Assembly (NCBI GenBank): GCA_944324875.1
Contig: CALUXZ010000001.1
Coordinates: 1 to 38,983 of the forward strand
Reading direction: 5' to 3'
Origin: Candidatus Gastranaerophilales bacterium
Lineage (GTDB): Bacteria; Cyanobacteriota; Vampirovibrionia; Gastranaerophilales; Gastranaerophilaceae
Length of the DNA: 38,983 bases
Every line of letters begins with the position of its first letter. Within the stretch, counting starts at the first letter, position 1. Of the stretch, positions 1-6,480 are shown piece after piece. The position numbers and the translations under genes are program-made. Below the pieces are notes generated by a model, which saw nothing but the letters and a program-made list of their open reading frames with translations, had not been told where the DNA came from and ran no database searches.

Positions 1-22
1 TTTTTTATGTAATTTATTTATG

Positions 23-59
23 AGTCTCGGGTGTTGCTTGAGGCTTTCTTTTTATTTTT
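23..59 (+). terminator. putative rho-independent terminator of a + strand gene ending upstream of the window
   Basis: Imperfect stem AGTCTCGG / TTGAGGCT (Watson-Crick plus G-U pairs), 7-nt loop, followed by TTTCTTTTTATTTTT. Confidence 0.4.
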
Positions 60-277
60 ATTATAATTTCAAAAAATTCAAAAGAAAAGCTGCAAACCCC
101 TTCACAGCAAGAATTTGACCTATTGCTTGATATCACTTTTTATCACTTTTTGTCTTTTAAAAGGGCTAAAATATTTAACAGGATTATTTTCTGCAAAAAC
201 AAAAAAACAAATATTTAAAATTTTTTTTACAAAACAGGAAACCCTTACAAGTCAAAAGTGTCATTTGTTACAAATGT

Positions 278-856
278 TTACGCTTCAGGATAAAATGTGG
301 GTATAAAAAAATTAGTGCAAACCTTTTTCTTGCTGGTTTCCGAACTGTAATATATCAGGTCGTTAATTGCTTGACCTAAATTAAATGAATAATAAGGACT
401 TGATGGTTCTACATAATATCCTCTTAAAAATTTTTGACCGTTAATATCTTCCACAATATTCTTATTTGCTATAGGTTGTAGGCTAATTTTATCTATCTTA
501 AATCCATTTTTTATCTTGGCAATTATATCGCATTTATATTGGCTTACTCTTTTATCATAATACTTTTCATCTACATTTTGACTTCTTGGCTCGTAACCTA
601 TTTTAGAGCAAAGCCTTTTTGTAGAAAGTCCAAAAGGCTTTTTAATTTTTTCTTTTTGCGTTCTATTATTTATCAGAGCTTGAATTAAATCAATTTCTTT
701 TGGTTCCAATTCTATAATAACTGAATAAAAAGATATAACCCTATCATTTTTAAATATAATAAGTGGATACTGGTAACATAAGAAAATGTATTCTGTCATA
801 TCTTGCAATACATTTCCTATGGGAGTATCTATCAAACAACATTTTTTCAAATTCAT
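278..856 (-). CDS. hypothetical protein, possible OmpR/PhoB-type winged-helix (trans_reg_C-like) DNA-binding protein
   Basis: 192-aa ORF co-oriented downstream of the WYL gene. 'IELEPKEIDLIQALINN ... YDKRVSQYKCDIIAKIKNGF' resembles by eye the wHTH pattern 'LTxxEfxLLxxL ... vDvhIsrLRkKl'. Nothing else recognised. Confidence 0.5.
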   Translation of the reverse strand: MNLKKCCLIDTPIGNVLQDMTEYIFLCYQYPLIIFKNDRVISFYSVIIELEPKEIDLIQALINNRTQKEKIKKPFGLSTKRLCSKIGYEPRSQNVDEKYYDKRVSQYKCDIIAKIKNGFKIDKISLQPIANKNIVEDINGQKFLRGYYVEPSSPYYSFNLGQAINDLIYYSSETSKKKVCTNFFIPTFYPEA

Positions 857-963
857 AGTGCAATAGTAACATGAAAAATAGTATTTTCAGAATATAATCA
901 AATAATTTCTTTAGGCTTCTTTTAATAATTTATATTAAAATGCTATTAAAAATTTATTCAGCT

Positions 964-1959
964 TTATTCTGATAACCTCTCATTAAATAACTGATTATTC
1001 AAAACATCTTTTAAATAAGTTTTATAGTATTCTTTTAATTTAAGCGGTCTTTTGATTTTTACATCACAACCCCATTTAAAAAGTTCTTGGCATATTGCAT
1101 AAGTTCCACCTGATATGAATCTAACTTCTACATTGCCATTTTCAAGTAGTTTCATCTTCTGTGTCTGGTGAAAATGATAATTAAGCACATCTTCTGCAAT
1201 AGCTTTATCAAATTCCAGTGTTATATTTAAAGGCTTTTCCTGATAAACCCCGAATGAATTGTTACAATAATCTGTTAGAGAAAACTTTTCATCTTTTTCA
1301 AAATACTCATCTAAAATTGTGAGGTTTATGATTTTATCAACTTTATATTGTCTTAATGCATTTACATATTCATTAAATCCAACAAGATAATATTTATCTG
1401 CAATAACCAATCCGTAAGGGTTTAGAGTAATTGTTTTTATTACATCATTGATTGGGTAATCAAAACGCACCATTTTAAATGCAAGCATAGCATTTCTTAG
1501 CTGTTCCAATATTTTTGGCTCTGCTTTTACTCGAGAATATTGCCTTACTGCAAAACCTTCTGATTCCATAATTGCAGAAATATCAGCATCAAGAGATTGC
1601 ATATTTTTTTGTGGAGTTAAGGCTTTAATTTTTGCGATTAACTCATCTATTTCTTTTTTTCGCTTGGCATCATTTGATAACCCCTTTAAATATTCAAGAT
1701 TAGCAAAATCATTTGCAGAAAAAGAAATAAGCATATTTGCAGTTCCTTTCACAAATCTCCAACGTTTTGTTTTATCTGGAGTTGGCACTTCTTCAATTTT
1801 TTCAGGGAATAGGTCAAATAAAAGGGCTTTCATTCTTTCGGCAGAACGTCTTGAACATTCAAAATGCTCTTTTATATCATTTATACTTAGACCACAATAG
1901 CTATTCTGAAACATCATAGCTAGTTCTATTATCTGTTCAGCTTTTGTTAATCTTGACAT
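964..1959 (-). CDS. HTH-WYL-WCX transcriptional regulator (YafY/BrxR/CapW-like architecture)
   Basis: N-terminal HTH ('LSINDIKEHFECSRRSAERMKALL'). Central WYL-type segment 'ITLNPYGLVIADKYYLVGFNEYVNALRQYKVDKIINLTILDEYF'. C-terminal WCX-like 'FKWGCDVKIKRPLKLKEYY'. Confidence 0.85.
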   Translation of the reverse strand: MSRLTKAEQIIELAMMFQNSYCGLSINDIKEHFECSRRSAERMKALLFDLFPEKIEEVPTPDKTKRWRFVKGTANMLISFSANDFANLEYLKGLSNDAKRKKEIDELIAKIKALTPQKNMQSLDADISAIMESEGFAVRQYSRVKAEPKILEQLRNAMLAFKMVRFDYPINDVIKTITLNPYGLVIADKYYLVGFNEYVNALRQYKVDKIINLTILDEYFEKDEKFSLTDYCNNSFGVYQEKPLNITLEFDKAIAEDVLNYHFHQTQKMKLLENGNVEVRFISGGTYAICQELFKWGCDVKIKRPLKLKEYYKTYLKDVLNNQLFNERLSE

Positions 1960-1988
1960 ATTTATGTATCCATTTCTTTATAATAAAT

Positions 1989-2022
1989 AATACGACACAA
2001 CTATGTCAAATTGTGTCGTATT
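1989..2022 (-). promoter_or_regulatory. perfect 12-bp inverted repeat (AATACGACACAA N10 TTGTGTCGTATT): attenuator/terminator or operator between nuclease and WYL genes
   Basis: Arms at 1989-2000 and 2011-2022 are exact reverse complements. The loop contains the nuclease stop codon (2006-2008). On the minus strand the hairpin is followed by ATTTATTAT. It lies 29 nt upstream of the WYL ATG (1959). Confidence 0.6.
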
Positions 2023-3124
2023 TACTAACTAAATTTTCTATAAGAGGTTCCAAATCCTTAATTGCCTTTTTGATGCTAGATTGAATTTCTTCATTTGTTT
2101 TATGTCTACATTCAATTTCTATATAATCACATTTTTCATTCTTTTCATTTTTTAGAGAAATTGCTTTCCAATCCTTATAAATGAATAGTTTTAAACTGTT
2201 TTTATATTCAAGCATATAAAATAAACTATGCTTTGTAAGCTTGTTATTCCATAACAGATGGTCTTGTTGCATTCTTTTTGTTATAAATCTAACGCCTGCA
2301 CCTGTATTATCGTCATATCCAAATTTATCCCTATCATCATTTATCAAGTTATCATCTTCATTTACAACTGATTTCATAATGTTATATATATCGGTTTGGA
2401 ATTCTCTTTCAAACTCTTTTAAAGCCTCGTAGACTTCTTTGTGTTCATCATATATTTTTCGGCATTCCTTTTTAATGCTTTCTTCTAACATAGAATATTT
2501 CTCCTTTAAAATTAAACTATATTGCTTTATTATTTCCAATTCAATTTTATTATCGGGTTTATTATTTATGATATTTTTTAAAATGGCGTAAACTTCTCTA
2601 TATGTAATTGGATAATAATCTTTTAAAGCTCCGTTTAAAGTTTTCTCATCCGGCATTTCAATATCTAAAAATACAAAGTATTTATTTGGTATATTTTTAT
2701 AATTTTTGCTTGAATATATAAAATCCTTATAATGTTTACATTGTTCATCATGTTCACAAGAGCCATACTTGTTTTCAATAGCACACAAGAAATTTTTACC
2801 TGTAATTAAGATATCAATTCTTCTGTTTTTATTAGTTAAAACCTCTGTTTCAACATTTACAAATTCTTCTTCACTCCAATCAATATCGGCGTACGATTTG
2901 AAAAACTCTTTAATAAATTCATATCCTAAATTATGAGTTTCTTCAGGATTTAAAAGCCAAGCCAAAAAGTTAGAGTGACGTATTTCATAGTTATCTAACT
3001 TTAAAACTTTAAAAATATTGAATTTGTTTTTATTGGTTTGTTCTATCTTTAATATGCTATTTTGCAATTTTTGGATTATTTTATCATCAGTAAATTTTTG
3101 AAATTGTTCATTTTGAATTTGCAT
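2006..3124 (-). CDS. PD-(D/E)xK nuclease family protein with uncharacterised C-terminal half
   Basis: 'HSNFLAWLLNPEE' motif typical of PD-(D/E)xK family proteins. Catalytic core 'RRIDILITGKNFLCAIENKY' (D104 ... E117-x-K119). AAGGG RBS. Residues ~180-372 have no recognisable motif. Confidence 0.8.
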   Translation of the reverse strand: MQIQNEQFQKFTDDKIIQKLQNSILKIEQTNKNKFNIFKVLKLDNYEIRHSNFLAWLLNPEETHNLGYEFIKEFFKSYADIDWSEEEFVNVETEVLTNKNRRIDILITGKNFLCAIENKYGSCEHDEQCKHYKDFIYSSKNYKNIPNKYFVFLDIEMPDEKTLNGALKDYYPITYREVYAILKNIINNKPDNKIELEIIKQYSLILKEKYSMLEESIKKECRKIYDEHKEVYEALKEFEREFQTDIYNIMKSVVNEDDNLINDDRDKFGYDDNTGAGVRFITKRMQQDHLLWNNKLTKHSLFYMLEYKNSLKLFIYKDWKAISLKNEKNEKCDYIEIECRHKTNEEIQSSIKKAIKDLEPLIENLVSKYDTI

Positions 3125-3136
3125 ATTTTGCCCTTT

Positions 3137-3337
3137 TTATTTTGCGTATGATGTACCTACTTTTACCCCTTTTTCATTGTATATCCATATTTGAGTACCA
3201 TATTGAACACTTACTGTTGTAGATGTAAATCCGATAAGTTTTCCGCTTGAAATGCATATTGTTTTTATAACTCTGCCTTTTTCATCATAAAGCCAAATAT
3301 GTTTTCCGGCTTTTTCTACTACATTTGCTATTGCCAT
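3137..3337 (-). CDS. 66-aa internally duplicated small protein (two IW(L/I)Y(D/N)EKG units), first gene of the nuclease unit
   Basis: ATG at 3337 is preceded by AAGGAG with a 6-nt spacer; the track's TTG start at 3364 would include this RBS. The stop is 12 nt before the nuclease start. Internal repeat GKHIWLYDEKGRVI / GTQIWIYNEKGVKV. Confidence 0.7.
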   Translation of the reverse strand: MAIANVVEKAGKHIWLYDEKGRVIKTICISSGKLIGFTSTTVSVQYGTQIWIYNEKGVKVGTSYAK

Positions 3338-3410
3338 AATTAGCTCCTTTCTTTGTAACAACACTATAGCATATCAGTCCGTCAGAATTTGTCGTAACAA
3401 AATTTATAAC

Positions 3411-3425
3411 TAGACTTTAAGTCTA
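3411..3425. promoter_or_regulatory. palindromic operator-like site TAGACTT-T-AAGTCTA in the divergent promoter region (small protein/nuclease vs XRE gene)
   Basis: Perfect 7-bp arms around one central base, with an extra TAGAC half-site at 3429-3433. It overlaps a weak -35 (TTAAGT, 3417-3422) spaced 17 nt from TATTAT (3440-3445). Confidence 0.45.
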
Positions 3426-3459
3426 TACTAGACCGAGAGTATTATAGCACAATGTTGAT

Positions 3460-3675
3460 ATGGCAGACGAATTATGCATAAAATTTGCAAATAATGTTAA
3501 GAAATATAGAGAATTAAAAGGCTATAATAAAGGCAAAATGTCTGAATTGGTTGGTTGTGATTTGTCATACATTGGTAAAATTGAACGAGCTGAGAAATAT
3601 CCTAACCTTAAAATGATTTTTAAAATAGCAGATGCGCTTGAAATCCCTGTAAAAGATTTGTTTGATTTTGAATAA
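3460..3675 (+). CDS. XRE-family helix-turn-helix transcriptional regulator
   Basis: 71 aa. 'MSELVGCDLSYIGKIERAEKYPNLKMIFKIADALEIPVKDLF' matches the HTH_3 (Cro/C1) pattern. No Shine-Dalgarno in the ~14 nt between the -10-like element and the ATG. Confidence 0.85.
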   Translation: MADELCIKFANNVKKYRELKGYNKGKMSELVGCDLSYIGKIERAEKYPNLKMIFKIADALEIPVKDLFDFE

Positions 3676-3700
3676 TACACAATTATATTTTGTATTATTC
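3670..3700. promoter_or_regulatory. box pair A: GAATAATACACAAT-tat-ATTTTGTATTATTC (two inverted 14-bp boxes)
   Basis: Box1 at 3670-3683 and box2 at 3687-3700 are 13/14 complementary with a 3-nt spacer. The pair overlaps the XRE stop codon (3673-3675). Confidence 0.6.
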
Positions 3701-3777
3701 AGTGAAATTATGTGAAAAATTACCCTAATTAAATTTCAATATCATTGTAAATGCTCGTAAATATTAAGGTGTACATA

Positions 3778-3820
3778 GAATAATACATAATTTATAATTT
3801 AAATATATTGTGTATTATTG
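3778..3820. promoter_or_regulatory. box pair B: GAATAATACATAAT-N15-ATTGTGTATTATTG (two inverted 14-bp boxes) immediately upstream of the recombinase gene
   Basis: Box3 at 3778-3791 and box4 at 3807-3820. Box4 (3807-3819) is the exact 13-bp reverse complement of box1 (3671-3683). Confidence 0.6.
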
Positions 3821-3847
3821 ATTATGACTGAATTTGAGGTATTTATT

Positions 3848-4411
3848 ATGGAATTTGTACAACCAATTAGAAATTTAAAACAGATTGAAACAATCAAAAA
3901 GCTTTTAAAGCAACAAAATCTAAGAGATTATTGCTTGTTTGTTCTTGGGATTAATTCAGGCTTAAGAATAAGCGATTTGTTGAAATTGCAAGTAGTTGAT
4001 GTAATTGAAAATGGTAAGATAAAAGATAGGATTAGGCTTCGAGAGAAAAAGACAAATAAATTTAAAGATTTTCCACTGTCTGAAAAAACTAAGCAAGCAA
4101 TAAAAGAATATTTAAAAACAAGAAATTATAAAGAAAATGAGCCTTTATTCATATCAAGAAAGAATAAAGGCTTTTTATTGCGACAACAAGCATATAAAAT
4201 TATTAATGATGTTGCAAAATCTGTCGGCATAAAAGAAAAAATCGGTACTCATACTCTAAGAAAGACTTTTGGTTATCACGCATATAATAATGGCTACGAC
4301 ATAGCAATCATTCAAAAGCTATTCAATCATTCTTCGACTGCCGTAACCTTACGCTATATAGGAATCACACAAGATGAAATGGATGATGTGTATTTGAGTT
4401 TAGATTTGTAA
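3848..4411 (+). CDS. small tyrosine recombinase / site-specific integrase (FimB/FimE-size, ~187 aa)
   Basis: Catalytic signature: R in 'GLRISDLLKL', 'HTLRKTFGYH' (HxxR), and Tyr in 'TAVTLRYIG'. ATG 3848 has GAGG 8 nt upstream. The track's TTG at 3818 lies inside box4. Confidence 0.85.
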   Translation: MEFVQPIRNLKQIETIKKLLKQQNLRDYCLFVLGINSGLRISDLLKLQVVDVIENGKIKDRIRLREKKTNKFKDFPLSEKTKQAIKEYLKTRNYKENEPLFISRKNKGFLLRQQAYKIINDVAKSVGIKEKIGTHTLRKTFGYHAYNNGYDIAIIQKLFNHSSTAVTLRYIGITQDEMDDVYLSLDL

Positions 4412-4756
4412 GTTATATGTATTTGGAATTTTAAGCTTTATAGGTGATGAGTAAATTTTTTGTATATTTAAGTCTTGAATTGTATTAAAAAGATTTTTTC
4501 TTGGCAATAAAATGCTAATATTATCAATTATAAAGAAGTCATAATTTGCATATTTTTCATATAAAACAACGCTGCCTAAAATATCAATCTCATTAACCAA
4601 ATCTTCACTATCTACATAAATTGCATTGTCTAACAATTTACAAATTTCTTTCAACATAGTTGTTTTACCACTTCCATTATCGCCACATATACAAACATTA
4701 GATTTTTCTGATTTGTCTATTATGTCTTTTACTAGTTCTGAAATCCTTTTATCCAT
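4400..4756 (-). CDS. 118-aa mini P-loop protein (Walker A and Walker B-like only)
   Basis: 'CICGDNGSGKTTMLKE' Walker A and 'YDFFIIDNIS' Walker B-like. Too short for a complete NTPase fold. Its 3' end overlaps the recombinase 3' end by 12 nt (convergent). Confidence 0.6.
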   Translation of the reverse strand: MDKRISELVKDIIDKSEKSNVCICGDNGSGKTTMLKEICKLLDNAIYVDSEDLVNEIDILGSVVLYEKYANYDFFIIDNISILLPRKNLFNTIQDLNIQKIYSSPIKLKIPNTYNLQI

Positions 4757-4800
4757 TAATATTTCTCTCTTTTTATTACATTTACACTTAATTATTTTTG

Positions 4801-5064
4801 CTATAAGTTGTGCCTGTTATCTGAAATTTCTAATTCAATTTCAAATAATATCAACTTTAAAATTAATGTTAAACCTTTATGGTCAATGTTTTTTAGCCTG
4901 TAGCTAATATCAATACCTACGGCTAAAAATCCATAATCTAAACTGTTTTTATAACATTGTATCCTTAATGACATGCCTTTAAATTTCAGAAAATGATATT
5001 TAATAAATAATATTGAAAGTTCGTTATTAAATTTTATTTGAAAATTTTTGATTTTATCTTGCAT
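4801..5064 (-). CDS. hypothetical 87-aa protein
   Basis: GGAGG RBS 4 nt upstream of the ATG. Sits between the MTase-like and P-loop genes on the same strand. No motif recognised. Confidence 0.5.
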   Translation of the reverse strand: MQDKIKNFQIKFNNELSILFIKYHFLKFKGMSLRIQCYKNSLDYGFLAVGIDISYRLKNIDHKGLTLILKLILFEIELEISDNRHNL

Positions 5065-5098
5065 AAGACCTCCATTTTAATTATGAGTAATAAGCACG

Positions 5099-5836
5099 TC
5101 AATAAGTGTCATTTGAGCAAATTGTGAATAAACTTAATTGCTTATTAGTCTGTTTAATATTCAATTCTACTTGTTTTTTATTGTATTGCTTCAATTTCCA
5201 TTCAAAACAATTCACAAAATAAAGAGGGGTATAAAATACTCTTTGAAATTTCAAAGCTAAGCTATCGCCTAGCATCACTCTTGCAGGGATTCCATACAAT
5301 GAAAGCTGTATGTATGACATCATAAAACACATCTCATCAATATCTATAACTTCAACAAAAAGTTGTTGTTGATAATTGTAGCCATTATTTTTCATTGTTT
5401 CTGCAAATGCAATAATCATTCCAGAGCTTCCACAACATGGATCTGAAAGTGTTATAAAATCGTTAGTTTTCAGTTTTGTTTCAACTTCAATGAAATTTAT
5501 TTCGGCCATCATTTTACTCACTGAATAAGGTGTAAAGAACTGCCCAGTAGCGACATTGCCCAAATTCAATTTCATATACACACTACCTAAAAAATCTTGA
5601 TGTTTATCTTCTAATGCTATAACTAAAAGAGCAAGCAGTTTTGAAAATTTTTCTGCTTGCTCTTTTGTGTATTTATTAGCTATTTCTAAATATTTTCTTT
5701 CAATTTCTTGACTTCGATAAAATGGTTGTGCTATTGCATAAGTACTTAATTTCAAAAAGTCTTGAAATATATTTTCAACCCGTTCTGTGGGTGCTAAATT
5801 TTGAAGGTTTAAAATAAATTCTTTTAAATAGTCCAT
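5099..5836 (-). CDS. N6-adenine DNA methyltransferase-like protein, truncated, with degenerate catalytic motif IV (TPLY instead of NPPY/F)
   Basis: 'GQFFTPYSVSKMMAEI' (motif X-like) and 'LSDPCCGSSGMIIAF' (motif I, SAM binding). '...IQLSLYGIPARVMLGDSLA' matches the HsdM-like pattern. The position where 'kfDvVlxNPPF' is expected reads 'KFQRVFYTPLYF' (nt 5219-5230). Only ~40 aa follow. GAGGT RBS. Confidence 0.7.
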   Translation of the reverse strand: MDYLKEFILNLQNLAPTERVENIFQDFLKLSTYAIAQPFYRSQEIERKYLEIANKYTKEQAEKFSKLLALLVIALEDKHQDFLGSVYMKLNLGNVATGQFFTPYSVSKMMAEINFIEVETKLKTNDFITLSDPCCGSSGMIIAFAETMKNNGYNYQQQLFVEVIDIDEMCFMMSYIQLSLYGIPARVMLGDSLALKFQRVFYTPLYFVNCFEWKLKQYNKKQVELNIKQTNKQLSLFTICSNDTY

Positions 5837-6447
5837 AATCTTACCTCGTTTATCCTAGAATAATTCTGATTAAGTTGAAATTGATTTTATATATAAATAT
5901 ATTTAAAGCACAATTTTCGTTTAATCAGATACAATCTGAATTGAGTATACTAAAATTTGTAACTCAAAACGGCTAAAAAGAGAGCTATTACTCCATTTTA
6001 ACCATTTTTATTATTATAAAATAAATAAATTTAGTCGCAAACCATTGATATATAGGCTTATTTACCGGACTTACTTCAAAAAATACACTTCTAATGTTTC
6101 TATATATTTTGTCATAAGCGCATTATAGTATAAATATTGTAATAATATTAAATATAGAAAATTACAAAAAGATTACAACAAAGATATCAATAATAGTTAA
6201 ATTTCAAGACCATCTTTATCTTTTGTAATTTTGTAACTATAAAAATCTTAAAAAATAAAAAATATTAATTTTGATAAATTGATGCTTAGCAATGTTTGCA
6301 CCGTTTGTTTATCAATATTTATTATGATATTTTGCTCAAATTCTTTATTTGAGTAAAAACATCCAAGTTGATAACATTAGTTATTTCTTTGTAAAATTCA
6401 TTTATGAAAAGTTCCAATGTCGTACAATGAGGGGAGTTTTTTATTGG

Positions 6448-6480
6448 AAAGGCTGTTTTTAATGACAGCCTTTTTATATT
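6448..6480 (+). terminator. orphan rho-independent terminator-like hairpin
   Basis: AAAGGCTGT (6448-6456) / ACAGCCTTT (6465-6473) form a perfect 9-bp stem with an 8-nt loop, then TTTTTATATT. No annotated + strand gene lies upstream. Confidence 0.5.

Larger units (their letters stand above)
278..5836. mobile_element. putative integrative/accessory island (recombinase + XRE + WYL + nuclease + MTase remnant); ends not defined
   Basis: Cluster of regulators, a tyrosine recombinase, a nuclease and decayed-looking genes. By eye it is more AT-rich than the core genes to the right. It is followed by ~800 bp with no convincing ORF. No tRNA or convincing direct repeats mark the ends. Confidence 0.4.

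Noticed and set aside
131-150. Tandem duplication TATCACTTTT x2
   Set aside because: Only two 10-bp copies with no further iterons or nearby replication/partition gene. Likely a trivial slippage duplication.
115-306. 63-aa + strand ORF at the left edge
   Set aside because: It has no RBS and a low-complexity hydrophobic/Lys-rich product. It overlaps the 3' end of the 278-856 gene and lies in an AT-rich intergenic stretch, so it is probably not a gene.
307-323. Possible att-like direct repeat: AAAAATTAGTGCAAACC (307-323) versus AAATTTAGTCGCAAACC (6027-6043), roughly flanking the island
   Set aside because: Only ~12 matching bases with an indel, in AT-rich DNA. The left copy lies inside the 278-856 ORF. 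There is no tRNA or other integration-target context. This is insufficient to call attL/attR.
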